A stretch of DNA of 57,633 nucleotides, the filler included, from Sphacelaria rigidula (lineage: Eukaryota): the NCBI GenBank assembly GCA_964200075.2. It is 7 parts of 7 records of this genome, joined end to end, with 100 filler letters (N's around TTAATTAATTAA, not from the genome) between each part and the next. Parts side by side here need not be neighbours in the genome. Positions count along the whole stretch, not along the records: positions 32,993 to 41,140 come from CAXNAA020012125.1; positions 41,241 to 49,387 come from CAXNAA020012126.1; positions 49,488 to 57,633 come from CAXNAA020012127.1; 4 more parts are not named here. One strand, given 5' to 3'. Within the stretch, counting starts at the first letter, position 1. Each line of letters opens with the position of its first letter. The notes beneath the pieces are model-generated. The model had not been told where the DNA came from, searched no databases, and was given only the letters and a program-made list of their open reading frames with translations. The position numbers and the translations under genes are program-made. This document shows positions 37,480-49,777 of this stretch, piece by piece.

Positions 37480-39640
37480 GAAGGAACGGCGAGACATGTA
37501 GACAAATTTCGAGAACATAGAAGAAGGAACCTACACTGGCGATTGAAGCCGAGAACACAGTAGAGCATGTACAGGGAACACCGCAAGACCACAGGTCAAG
37601 GAAAAAGTCAAGAACCACTAAGACAAGACAGGGTTACTTCAGTTCCCGAGTTTATCGAGCTTCCCCCGCGCATCCCGTGTCGGGTACAAAGCGGAACACC
37701 GTCTCGACCATTTATATCCTGGATTCCTCGCAAGCTGTTCCTGTTCTTGTGTCAGCGGCGGCAGCTCTCTGACTGGCGGTTCTCCATGCGCCAGCCTCCC
37801 GTTTCGAGCGGAGGTCCGATTGATATTCGTACTCGCATCGCCACATCTCTTCGAACTCGTCCGCCCCCTTCTGCACTTGAAGATGTCATGTGCCCATGTT
37901 CTCCGCCGCAATGACCCAATCGTGTGCCTCTTTGATCTTCACGCCGTAAACGAATATTTCCGCCATGCTTCTTTGCGTGGAAGAGCCCCTGGTGCACGAA
38001 GGTTCTCCTAACGGCGGTCCCCCCAGTGTTTGGGGAACCGGCCAGCCTCCGTGGGCCCTCATGCGACTACGAGTAGCCGTCCGAACATAATGTGCTTTGG
38101 TGTCTCGCCCTGCCGGGCAACCCCCCCCGCAAACCAGAGTTGACGATTGCAGAATATCGTCTCGATACATTGATAGTTGGTCATTTTGTAGCCCACCTCT
38201 GTAAGAAGGCGTCTCGTAGTCAGCCCGCTCTTTCCTGCGGAATCCAACCACTCGCAGCAAACGCTTGTGGTGGGTACCACGCAGATTCTCGAAGTCGTCG
38301 GACGCAGCGTCCGTTTAGCGCGTCAGTAGAGCATAGTACATCATAGCTTTCATCATCTCCGCTTTAAGCAGCCGGAGTTTCAGAGGTAGCTGGGTGTTGT
38401 CTCGATTGTAGAGCTGGGGACTAAACTTTCGGGAGCATACCCACGCAGCGCTGGTGCGGCGGTTGATTTCGATGGAAATATTCGCATCCGCGCTGACAGC
38501 ACCACCAAAGTAAACCAACGCGGCCGTCTGCTCATACCATTGGCCAACCGCCTTGATGTGCAGTTCAGTCCCTGCGAAGCTGGGGGGGTGGGGAGTCATT
38601 TGTTGCTTGCCTTAGTCGTGTGACCATTGACCACGCATCCCTTTCGAGACGGAGCTGGGAACTGGCTTCAGGTTCATGGACGTCTTGCGCTCCAATATCG
38701 TCAACTCGAGCTCCTGACAAGTTACCACTATAAGGGGCGACATTCTACTGTAGCAAATCCGCCTGAGGAACCTCCGGACTATGCCGGCGTCATCCGCATA
38801 TGGCATATTCATTCCCTACACCGCGCCGCACCTTCTCCAGCGGTATCTCTTTCAGGGAGGTCGCCATCGTCACCTTTTGGCGCATCATCTAGATGGAACA
38901 AGTCTGAGGCGATGGCTGGGTCTGCCGCGAAACGTTGAGAATTCATCTCGACCGTGGCTGCGCCGAGGATGTTCAGCAACAACGGGGAAGAAATGCATCG
39001 TTTCCCGAGCCCCTGGCAGGCGTGAAACCGCCCTGATAATTCGCCATCATCCAGCTGTACCCGAGCTCACATGCCGTTGCGAAACATTCGGGTTACGTGG
39101 ACCATCCCCGGTGGGACTCCGAATCGGGGGAGCACGTATCACTGGAGCGTACGACCTACCTACGGGATAGTAGGCCTTCTGCAGGCCGATGAAGCACATG
39201 TTTGGTGGGACATTGCTCGCTCGTCCCAACTCCTGTGATGGGCGTACCACGAACATCATGTCGGTGGTACATCATTGGCGCTGGCATCTGCACGTTTTTT
39301 CCGGGAAGATCCCTGCCTCCCCACAGAAACGACTGAGCCTGTTGGCTCCGATTTTTAGCAGAAATTCACCATCATGTGTCTCGCGGGAGATGTCCCTGTA
39401 GCCCTATCCTTCTTCTCCCTTAACACCTTGATAATGGCGACTTCTGCTCCTGCGGCATCTTGCTGGATGCCTAAACCGCAGCGAATATGCTCTGGAAGGA
39501 GTGCACAACCTCAGAAGGCTCCCGCATCAACCCAAGCTTGAGGAGGATTTCAGCAGATCAACCATCTGAGCCCGCCGCTTTGCCGTCAGTCATTTGGGCT
39601 TGGCGGACCTCCAACCGACACTGTCGTCGGTCGTTGCGCA
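37480..39640 (-). mobile_element. RTE-type LINE (degenerate) in a CFAP57 intron
   Basis: MMFVVRPSQELGR..MCFIGLQKAY, PYADDAGIV, VYFGGAVSADANISIEINRR..QLPLKLRLLKAEMMKAMMY; frameshifts present. Confidence 0.85.
38581..38655 (+). mobile_element. Solo 75-bp module B of the modular repeat inserted into the LINE
   Basis: TGGGGGGGTGGGGAGTCATTTGTTGCTTGCCTTAGTCGTGTGACCATTGACCACGCATCCCTTTCGAGACGGAGC. AGCTGGG is present at both junctions, and excision restores the LINE frame LKPVPS|FAGTELHIKA. Confidence 0.85.
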
Positions 39641-40559
39641 AAGTTCTCCATGATGGCTCGGTCGATAGTAATCGACACGGCCTTCAGGGGTGTATCATAT
39701 ATTTGACAGGGGGTAGGATTCCAGGTACAAAACTCCACACCCTCGACAATATATCATTTTGTCAAAAAAATGTACTGCGTACAGTATGGAATCTATTGTC
39801 TGCTTCATTAGGCGCAAAATTCGATACTGTACGTAGTACACTTTTTTACTGTGTATTCTACTGTCCAGGGTATGCACAACTCCATGAATGATGAGCCTAA
39901 CAAGACTGTAGCGGTGGGGAATAAGCGGAGGGCGGGGCAACGGAGAGGGACAGGCGTGGTTTGTGTGCTATGAATACTTTTGAAGCCCACCTACGACAAC
40001 TAGAACGAGCAAGGTGTCTTTGGTTCGGGTGAAAGTTCACGATTTAAAAAAAACAGAAAACAAGGCGAAGCACGTAGGTCGAAGACCCCTCACTTGCCAC
40101 CTCTTGCCCCTACCTCCCCGCCTTCTCTCGTCAGACACGTGTTTCCGCCCATATTGTTCTCATATGATGGCCCATTACTCATCTCGAACAGAGTTGAAAA
40201 ATCTAAGTCAAGCTCACATCATCAGCCTATTTCGTGAATGGACATTTGTTTCACCACGGTACAATCGAGGGGGTCTCAAAGCTGTTCAGTGTATTCGCTC
40301 TGTGTTATAAAACAGCTTCCGATCATCTGCCTCGTTTATGTGTGCATACACATGCTTGTTTTTCGTCGTGGTACACTAGGTACATGTCCAACTCTGTCGT
40401 GTGGTCGTAGTCAACGGCCGTCCCGACATATATCATAACTATATTTTAAAGAGAGAGATGTATATATATATGTTCCTAACGTGACCGTGTTTCTTTGTTC
40501 GCCCGCCACCTTCATCGGGGGGGGGGTGGTAATCGAATACACGAAACGCGAAAATACAG

Positions 40560-40646
40560 GCTGCCCGCAAAATGGAAAAGGAGCTGAGGGCGCAAATAGA
40601 TCGACTGCAGGAGGACAAAAATTACAACGATCAGATGTATCGAGAG
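40560..40646 (+). CDS. CFAP57: CFAP57 internal exon
   Basis: ATACAG|AARKMEKELRAQIDRLQEDKNYNDQMYRE|GTGTGT; phase 0/0. Confidence 0.78.
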
Positions 40647-41011
40647 GTGTGTGAGCATGACGGGCGAAGCAAAGGCTGCGTCAACCCGAAAGTGTCTACA
40701 GTAATAGAAATATATATGATCAATTATTATTATCAATTATATAGGTAACATTTTTGGTCAAGTTGTCTTCCCCGGTAGACAGGTATCATTTTGCTCTCGT
40801 AGACATCTGAGGAGCCAGCCGTTCGCCTTTCACTTGCTGTCAGAGTGTTTTCACTGATCATATTCGTCAAATGCATTTCCCTGTGGACAAATATCATTCC
40901 ACCGGTGACTACTTCTGCTACTACCATCGCTACGACCGCTCTGGCTGGTGCCACAATGAGCGTCCACAACACATTTTATGCCGCTCCCATGTTCACCTTT
41001 TGTGTGTATAG

Positions 41012-41128
41012 GTGTTGGACCAACAAGAAGCTGAGTACGAGACAGAGCTACGGCAACTCACCGCGGCGGCGGAAGCCGAGCTGCACGGGGAGAGGGAAAA
41101 CACGGGAAAGCTTCGTGCGACGCTACAG
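41012..41128 (+). CDS. CFAP57: CFAP57 internal exon; gene continues beyond the contig
   Basis: TGTATAG|VLDQQEAEYETELRQLTAAAEAELHGERENTGKLRATLQ|GTAG; cf. the CFAP57 pattern Q.EED.D.EI......E..L..E.E.N..L. Confidence 0.8.
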
Positions 41129-41140
41129 GTAGGGGGGGGG

Positions 41141-41240
41141 NNNNNNNNNNNNNNNNNNNNNNNNNNNNNNNNNNNNNNNNNNNNTTAATTAATTAANNNN
41201 NNNNNNNNNNNNNNNNNNNNNNNNNNNNNNNNNNNNNNNN
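41141..41240. other. Artificial contig spacer
   Basis: N44-TTAATTAATTAA-N44. Confidence 0.97.
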
Positions 41241-43338
41241 AGATGAAACTTTCCGTCTTCGTCATAACCGTGCAGTTACATACGCGGATTTCCAGCAACA
41301 CTTCAGTGTTTCGTTTAGACGCCACAAACGTCATTCCTGACCAGCCTCATTGGTCGTTCTGGAGGCCCGGTCTCAAAAGGGTTAACTCATAAAATAAAAT
41401 AAAAACTTGTGTGCACTGGTCTTTGTTTTTATTATGCCATATTCATTTTCAGGGCCCAATCCTAAATATTGGCCAGTGAATGGGCCTGCAAACTACAAAT
41501 TCGCTTCTCGGCTGGCCCAGCTCGTACTTGTTTCAATTTCACATTCCGTTCGTCGATTTTTTCTTTCGTGTGTAAAGGGCAGCACAGCACCGTTCAGTTA
41601 GTATTGGATAACCGGCGTTGAGTTCGACGAAGATGTCCCCTCGAGAACGGTAGCTCGTCAACGAACAGAACGCCGATTCGAGGGTGGTCGCTTCCGCTAA
41701 TAATCAACAGCCAACGCCATGAAAACTCACGAGTTATAATGGCAGTATGCTCGACGTGACGATTCAGTATGCATATATGTATATAAGTGCTAGGCTTGAG
41801 GAATAACAGTATAGTAGAGGACAGTAGTAGAGCGTAGCCCCGCCTCCGGTGGAATATTTCTGTAAACAATAATAGAGTGTTTGGTCGGGTACCATCTCAT
41901 GGCCGGGTTGGCTCTCGGCGAGATGCTCATGCAGCGACGTGTGATCGAACAGGTAGCTCACACGAAGCACCGTGCGCGTTGTCACAGTGCCAATCGCCGA
42001 TGCCATGTGCTGGCCACACAAGCCAAGATGGCCTGGGGGGGCCGTCAATGAAGGCTCCTGATGGATGAGTATGCATAGAATGTATGCCTGCCTACGGATC
42101 TGCCGGTCGAATGCCTTCGTTTCACCGAACAGGATTAGCGGCGGGGCGCACTCTCGCGTGCGCCAGAGGTTGTCACTGCCGATGCTTGCGCAGTCTACTG
42201 CAGTTGGCCGTCACATCGCCTAGTGTGTGTGCTGCCGCCGCCGGCTGCTCAGAGTACGAAGGGAATACTAGACGAAGCCATTCGGTGTGTCAGTCGGGTT
42301 CCGTGTGCTTGCCCTCCCCTTCTCAGATCGACGTGCCTGCTGCTGTGCGTTTGCTGTGTGTTCGTGTGTCGTCTGACATGTCCCTATGGGGCCGGAGTGA
42401 GGTCGGTGTTTCGTAGGCTAGGTTCTACCCGGAAATCAGGTCACCGTACTGAGCAAGTAACCAATGCGGGCTCAACCAGCACGCTAGAGAAAGGTAACGA
42501 GCAGTTGCATCATGAGAGCAAAAAAACGCTGGGTTCAAGAAAGTGCGGATAATTTCCATGCGATTAAGGAAGAACAGACCTGCGACGAATATTCCGTGAT
42601 CATTTTATTCGCTGTTCTTCTATCACACGACTATTAATACGATGCAGTCAGTCAGGATTCCGCCTGAAGGCCGGGTTCCGATTTTCTGCATACAATTACA
42701 AACTCACATACCAATACCCGTAGAGCAGTCGGTCTCACTGTGAAAGTGAGTCCTTGGATAGAAGCGGGTGGACACATACTGGCTCTAAACTGGGACGCTA
42801 GCTGTACGCACTCTTGATAACTTTTCGCTTTTCACTACTACAAGCAACAATACCACCAGTGGTGGTTGTGTGTACTGCTTGTACTGCGCACTAGATGCAC
42901 AGTACAGCAGTGAGGTTCTAGTACGCGCCCTGCCTGCAGGCGTGGATTGCGCGTGCCACGGCAACGATACATGCATGCCCTAGAGTGGTGGGCACGCAGA
43001 TAGCTCGTGGCTTCGTGAAATGATTGTAGCGATAGACTGTGCGGAAGCCATGACATGGTACATGGTTGCATGTTCTGCGCTTGTGCCCTCTGCTGTTTTC
43101 TCTAGCAGGTCGACGAATGCCCCTCCGGAGTTTCCGTCGAGATGTTGCATAAATTCCCGGTCATCGAAGGAGTAGTTCCCGTGTTGTGGTGACCGCTCAA
43201 GCCGCCTGCACCAAGCAAGCCAATAATACTCTTCGGTGGGTATTTCGTGGCGGCAGCATAGGCACCGTCGTTGAAAACCCTCCCCGAATATCGATCTCCA
43301 GTGGGCTTGGGTACGCACATTTCAACGCCGCACTGAGT

Positions 43339-43708
43339 ATGACGATGCACGACGACGCCGGTGCCCAGGACACGGTGGGCATGGTGAGCGGTGAGACGGA
43401 GTCACAACGGATTTCTTTGAAGCAGCGCGGCTGTGCTGGTCGAGGAGTCACTCTCGCTGCTTCGTGCGTGGTCATATCTCTACTAGTTTCTGTACCATTA
43501 GTGTTGTGGTCCATACGGCGACCATGGGCTTATCCGCAATCTGAAACGGTTGGACTGGGATTTGATACGAGCGACTTCGAGGCGGGGCCCAGCTGCGCTC
43601 CGACGCAATTAAAGGGTTTGCCGTTTTGCCCCCAGCTGACCGGTCTCCTTCCTACGCTACTGGAGAACAAGCGGACTCTGCTTAGGCTTGTCCTGGATGC
43701 CGTGACAG
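43339..43708 (+). CDS. Putative type II membrane exostosin/GT47-like glycosyltransferase, first coding exon
   Basis: MTMHDD...short cytoplasmic tail, TM helix VTLAASCVVISLLVSVPLVLWSI, stem region; donor ACAG|GTAGA in phase 1. The start codon is uncertain. Confidence 0.6.
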
Positions 43709-44703
43709 GTAGATCATGCGACCCTGGTCCCAGCATCGTCCGTTGGCCGCCAGGCCGACCTGATAGCGCCATGATGGAAAAATGACACGATTCAGTCGTA
43801 GTGCAGTCACTTGAAATTGCCGTAGCGCCTCCAACTGGTCACAACCAATATTGACTGCACTTCAGTAGGACCCCGCGCTGTAAAGGTTCAGTAACTGGAA
43901 GAGACTGTACTATGGCAGGGTGGACTTTTCACAAGCTATCCGAAGCACTGCAGGATCCTGTGCTGCACCAGACTCACCACGAAAATAATGGCCCCTACTA
44001 TTTCTTGGCTTGTGCGAAGTATCCTAATAGCTTGCGTCTGACTGCGGGAATGATAAGACGAGTTCAACGTGTTGGACTGTATGGACGCTCAGCGCGAGAT
44101 ACGTATGCAGTAGCCCTGGGTGACCCTCAGAAGCACGTTCGTGCGATGTTTTGTTTTCCGTAAGTCAATACCTGTATGGGCTAACTTGCACACATCAACA
44201 CTCCTGCCCAGTAGCTGGAGACGAATCTATTTTTCTTGCGTTTGAGAGGGCGGCTATCCGGGTAGGTGTGGCGGTTTTCACAAGTGGTCATCGCTTCGGT
44301 ACGCTGGAGAGTAATTGCGTACGTCGTTGACGCCGCTGTAATGTGTTCTCAGAGTGCGCTGAAAAAAAAGTAGATTGTCTCCCGTTGATGCTTCGAGAGT
44401 TCGCCACCTGTAACGAGCAGTTTTGTCCTTGAAATTGGAGTCGCATCTTGAGCTCACTCACATTATTGCATAGACGTTGCCCCGAACACGCGTTTGGTTC
44501 TCACCAGCATATTCCTTACCTTCAATGGCTGAAGGCGTACGCAGTATTGTTGGCGACAACATCGAAGATCGCATTGAACAAAATGCGGACGATAATCACA
44601 GCTATCCGACTCTTCAGACTGACGCAAAGATGTCGCGCAGACGCGGGTACCGCAGGCGAGGGCGGCAGGGCACCACTCCAGCTGGCGGGGCCCGTGGCAA
44701 CAG

Positions 44704-44788
44704 ATATGGTGGATGCTAGCTACTCTGGCCTGTACAATCAGCCGCTTTGGAACGATAGCTTGCCGCGGGGAACGCGCTTTATCGACTG
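44704..44788 (+). CDS. Exostosin-like gene, exon 2
   Basis: AACAG|(D)MVDASYSGLYNQPLWNDSLPRGTRFID(W)|GTGAGT; phase 1 to 2, fits both neighbours. Confidence 0.68.
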
Positions 44789-45711
44789 GTGAGTGAACGG
44801 TTCGAGACAGGCGCACGCATGACTCGACACGGTGTAACATCGCTGATCACCTGATGCTCTTTGTGTTGTGTTCGTGTGTAGAGTGGTGCCCGACTTTGAG
44901 TGAAGATATCGAGGGGTGCTGAGTACTCCACATTGGCGGGCAGGGAAGCGTTTGTCTTCACTGCAATAAATTCAGCCGTATTCGAATAACTGTGCTCGCT
45001 CTTTTGATTGACAAGCTTGAGACTACCGTAATATCTCTCATGTTGTCACCTCGTTGTGATCCTCTTCAAAGTTTGACCTGTACGATCGAGATTTTCAGCG
45101 GCGCACCCAGTGCCAACTTGAGCGTTGTCTTACACCGCAGTGGTTACCCTCAGAAGTGAAGCGGTGACGTTGGCTTTGGTGTTTTCTGTACGATAGATGA
45201 CGCGGTGCGAAGGGTTACCCGGCGGGTCGGCGTCTGTAGTACGTGTAAGCCCCCGCGTGCCCCGTTCTTTCCAGTGCATTGCGGTTGGTCCTCATGTGCG
45301 CCAAGCATTCGGGGGTTGTCAGCTGCGACGCATCTGCGGGTTTCACTTGTATCCTGTCAAGAGGGTGCGCTGAAGAAGACGCTGCCTTTTTCACATTTTT
45401 GATGGATGTAGCCCATACACGTGACCCGAGTGAACGCTCATGTAGTGCAATGGCTATGGCTCAGCTGCGCTTAACTATGAAAAATTGTTGTCAACGAGAT
45501 CATCTCCCGGAACGCTAATTTCGCGCGTGAGCCCCTCTCCACGGAATGAATGATGTTGCATGACATGGCCGTATTTTTACACTCCGGCGTCGACTTCGCG
45601 CGGGGCGGTCACTGATTCGTTTTTATCCTTCCCATCACACCTTCCTTGCCACCCTTACATATTCGTTTTGCCGTCCACCTACTCTCCCTTCCCTTTCTTG
45701 ATACGTTCCAG

Positions 45712-46087
45712 GTTAGAAACATATTACTCAGAAAGGCTCCATCGTCGCCGACCGGTGTTGCTGTTCGTTCGGGGGTTTGACGTTTGTTCTCTGTTGGACG
45801 ACCTTTCAGCGCCAACTCACCAAAGGTCTCTGGGCGTGAACACCATGTATAGCGGTGGGAACCCGGGGATCCCCACGTTTCCCTCAAATAGGATAGAGCC
45901 ACAGGGGGAGATGGTAAAGCGGATTCGCCGCCCTGCTCCGCTGGCGCTCATGACAACAGGGTGGGATAATTCGGGGTCTCCATTTGCTGAACACCGGTGG
46001 TCTGGTTGTGCCACAAAAATCATAGAGCTCCCGCGGGTTGTCCGATGGTTCGTGTCACATCATCACGGTGCAGATCCGGGTCCCAAG
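45712..46087 (+). CDS. Exostosin-like gene, exon 3
   Basis: Long pyrimidine tract then TTCCAG|; PVLLFVRGFDV..PLALMTTGWDNSGSPF..IIELPRVVRWFVSH..DPGPK|GTGCGA, resembling the P..L.T..SD...L..P.L..WF.....HPK motifs of exostosin-like proteins. Confidence 0.7.
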
Positions 46088-48275
46088 GTGCGAGCTACGA
46101 ATGTGGCAATTGGTTGTTTTCTGGGCCCGGAAAGGGGGGCGGGGCGTGCTCGTTTCACATGCCCCAGCGGTCGAATCGTCTCCGAATGCCGAACCACCGT
46201 TCTCCAGTGCGAACATTGCTAATCCATCCCAACTGCCTTGCCCAGATGGCTCGGTATAGCCTTCCCCGCGCTGTCCACAAAAACCCTCACGTTCTTTGGC
46301 CGTGCTACTCTCTCTATTCACCTCAAACACCGTCGTTTTGCAGCCACAAGATTCAAGTTTGGCTTCATCGTATCCTTCTCTGTTCCTCAGTTCTATATTA
46401 TCTCCTTGATCTTGATCGGACAGTGGGAATTCTCGGATTGCGTGACACAAAACCTTTTCATGCATGAGCGTCACCGCACGTGAAACTTTTGTCGTATTCG
46501 TCATGTGATTTACTCAGATCTTTAATCTTGCAGGGCAAGCTCCCATATGACCATTTCCGAAATCGGGAACATTATCTCATGACCATCTCCGAATCGGGAG
46601 GCAAGAATTAACTTTAATCATGCTCGAACCGGTTGAGAGAGGTGCACACATAAAAAAGCCGCGCGTGAAAGTTGGGGATCGCAAAAAGCTGCTGAATACC
46701 CAAATGATTAAATGGATATATACGGATATATATGTATATATACATATGTATTCGCCATGTGCGTGGGTTCACCATATTTGTTCCGCAAGCGTTGAACATG
46801 TGCATCCCATGATCTAGTCACGGGTAAAATGTAGCCGTCAAGAAGCAGCGCTTGTGCAAGAGAGCAATCACTCTTGCCGTGTTCATGCTTCGCGTGATAA
46901 TATGAGTAGCGTACCGCACCTCAGAACATTTATACTTGAATATTCACTCACCCTTTGCGTACGCCGATACATTTGTCACGGCCGCGCAGAGAAGTGGTTG
47001 CCTTTCAACAACTAGCTCGCTTAGAATTGGCGTTGGAACCGTCACTTGCATTCTGTACGCCGGGTCATTTTGAAACAATCACCGGGTTCCAGGCGAACCA
47101 TATATTGTGCGACAAGCAAGCAATCAACCAATGAGAACACAAGAGTAACTAACGACTACTGGATTCGTCACATATCTGTGACTGCCCCCATTGTTTACTG
47201 GCTGCTCACTATTCCCAAGTACTTCCACTTTGTCGAACATATCCCAGCCATCGAGGGGGTGATGTTGGGTATGGGGTAGAAGAGTACTGTAGGTGGGTAG
47301 ACAAGCTCTCAAGATCAACCCGACGCGCACGGCACGACTTGCAAACGTGGCATTTCGACATACATCGTTGGATACAGAGCACAATCCTTGTACTTTGCGG
47401 TGCGCTGGTGCCATATAAACGGAATCGCCTTACGCAGCCAAGCAAAATAAAAATAAAAAACGTTTCCGGTGCTTGGCCAAACGGGTTGTCATAGAAATGT
47501 AGTCCGACCTTGTACTCACTGACCTGCGAATGGCGTTATTCACAGCACAGGCACGTCTCCGAAATAGATGGGCTCAAGGATACTTGTGCAAAACGAGGGC
47601 CGTTGTTGTAACCAGTGAAAGTGTTCCGAAAATGAGTTTAACGTCGATATTTCGATTTTCCCAAAGGAAGTAGTCAACCTCGTCGGGGCGGAAACGTGCA
47701 TGATAACACGAAGTACGCGCGATCGACGATGTGGGAGCGTATCCGCCATTGAACCGGGCACCAGTCACACATGACCATCTCTGAACTTGATGGCAGAAGT
47801 GAGGATCTCACATAGCCATCTCTGCACCGGACCGCGTTGTAAAACCCGCAGCGGGCTGTCGCTAAGTCGGGCACAAGTTTTACACGACCGTCTTGGAAGC
47901 AGACGGTGTACAAATTAAAGAAAAAAAAGCTCGCATGGCATCTTCTGAGCGGGCGAAGTTCTCTCATTACATGTCTGTACCGGGCAACCATCTTGCAAAC
48001 TATCTTCGAGCTGAACGGCAAACGTCCAAATCTCACATGGCGACGAATGGCCGGGTTCTAAAAATATGGGTACCTGGAAACATACGTGTTACGCCGGTAA
48101 TGTGAAAAGCCGGTAATGTGAAAAGCCCTGGGTGCAGTCAACTGCCGTTAATGTTCCTAAACATCGCCAGGGGGGGAGGGCTGTTGACTAGCAAAAATGG
48201 CTAGTCTGTCAAGTAGATAGGTTACGGAGGAGGAAGGTTGGCCTGACGTAGATTTATGCCATCCATCCCTAGCAG

Positions 48276-48403
48276 GTGGAGTATGTCGGAATTGGATTCG
48301 GAGGGTTAAAGACAAGGAGCGGACTGCGTCAATCACAGTACCTTGAAGCAAGCAGGAAGAAGCTGCTTGAGTTGGAGCGCTGCGGCGATGACGAGGCGGG
48401 CAC
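48276..48403 (+). CDS. Exostosin-like gene, exon 4
   Basis: CCCTAGCAG|VEYVGIGFGGLKTRSGLRQSQYLEASRKKLLELERCGDDEAG(T)|GTGAGT; completes PK-VEYVGIG (cf. HPKVIPIPIG). Confidence 0.7.
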
Positions 48404-48492
48404 GTGAGTAGTGATGCAACACTTTTATCATCCAAGCTCATGTGGTAGAAAATATTGTAGTTTATGGTGGTGTCGATCTTGCACTGCTTTTT

Positions 48493-48968
48493 CTGACACA
48501 TTCCACGATAGCCCCCCCCCCCCCCCCCTCTCTCGTCGAACTCCACCCGATCACGCTAAAAACATGTGCGACGAGTGGTACNNNNNNNNNNATATTTTAT
48601 TTTTGGGGGTGTTTGTCTTTCCTCTCTTTTTTCTGTACATTCCCACAAAACCCCCCCCCCCCCCCCCCCTGCTCAATGGTCTTATGACTATGGCATGCAT
48701 GATCATGAGTACCTCCCCCCCCGAAATAAAAAAAGTGGCTGGTTTGGGGATGCAAAATGTTCATGTAGATCGACATGAAAAAAGGCGAGCACACAACGAG
48801 CAGCTGGAAGTCCTCTCGCTTAGGTTCGATTCCGCCATAGTCGCCCATATGAGGCGCTTCATGCAGCCTGAAACTAAACATCAGGCGCTGTACGACCATT
48901 TACTTCGTGACCGTATTGGGCTGTGTTTTTTTGGGGGGGGGGGGGGGGGGCTATCGTAGAAAGCGTAT
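48493..48968. mobile_element. MITE-like element with TIR CTGACAC.TTC.ACGATAG(C)n, containing a nested module-A fragment and a 10-N gap
   Basis: Left end CTGACACATTCCACGATAGCCCCC, right end GGGGGCTATCGTAGAAAGCG. The same right end (GGGGCTATCGTAGAAAGTGTCAG) occurs at ~49533-49561. Confidence 0.6.
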
Positions 48969-48991
48969 TTATCTACTGGAGCTTTTGGTAG

Positions 48992-49117
48992 TCTCGTGTT
49001 TCTACAGTCTACTCTTCCTCAACGTGCTTCAACTGTTTCGATGTCTTGGGGTATCATCAAGTTTTTCAACGATCTCAGTCGAGCGTATGGCTTCCGCTGG
49101 TTTCTAGCGAACACCGG
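48992..49117 (+). CDS. Exostosin-like gene, probable exon 5 (acceptor uncertain: 48992 or 49008); gene truncated by contig end
   Basis: GTAG|T LVFLQSTLPQRASTVSMSWGIIKFFNDLSRAYGFRWFLANT(G)|GTGCGG; the phase 2 start matches exon 4. Confidence 0.5.
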
Positions 49118-49311
49118 GTGCGGGCAAGCGCTGAGGTGTGGCAGGCGACCGAAATGGGGCCCTAGCGTTGTTGTGAGGCTGTACGCGATGCCGTGGACGC
49201 CAACCGTTACCGAAGTGATGAATTGCATGCATACACCATCGAAAAGGATGCTGCAGTTGTGGCGCGTTATCGTTCGACGGCGTTTCATTGATGCACGCGT
49301 CTTGAACGAGA

Positions 49312-49345
<34 letters not shown>

Positions 49346-49387
49346 ACCGCCCCCCCCCCCCCCGCAACCCGCTCGCGCGGGGGAACG

Positions 49388-49487
49388 NNNNNNNNNNNNN
49401 NNNNNNNNNNNNNNNNNNNNNNNNNNNNNNNTTAATTAATTAANNNNNNNNNNNNNNNNNNNNNNNNNNNNNNNNNNNNNNNNNNNN
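49388..49487. other. Artificial contig spacer
   Basis: N44-TTAATTAATTAA-N44. Confidence 0.97.
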
Positions 49488-49777
49488 TTTCGATTTACGT
49501 GAAGATTTTGCCTCCGAAAACCATGCACTCTTGGGGGGGGGGCTATCGTAGAAAGTGTCAGCTTGCGAAACCACCACCCAACCTAGAGTATGGGGCGGTT
49601 TCGGTGATTCTACCGCACCTCCGACGACACGAAAACCCATACGTCTCAGTGTGCATTTGTTTCAGAACACCACTCGTTCTGCCAGCCTGGCCGTCTGGGC
49701 ATACATTGTCCCCGACCGCACAATCCATTACGCCATATTATTGGGCAGAGATAGCTTTATGCGGTTTAATAAACGAA

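Noticed and set aside
43680..44790. TylF/macrocin O-methyltransferase identity for the contig-6 gene
   Set aside because: The initial resemblance (LLRLVLDAVT..DW) is not continued. Downstream exons lack TMIG..RL and instead show exostosin-like motifs.
48735..48935. Apparent exon VAGLGMQNVHVDRHEKRR... of the glycosyltransferase
   Set aside because: It lies inside a MITE bounded by CTGACAC-type TIRs and lacks a phase-compatible acceptor. A better exon with strong splice sites exists at 48276-48403.
8193..49443. TTAATTAATTAA recurring every ~8.25 kb as a biological periodic element
   Set aside because: It is always centred in 44+44 Ns; this is a synthetic six-frame-stop linker.
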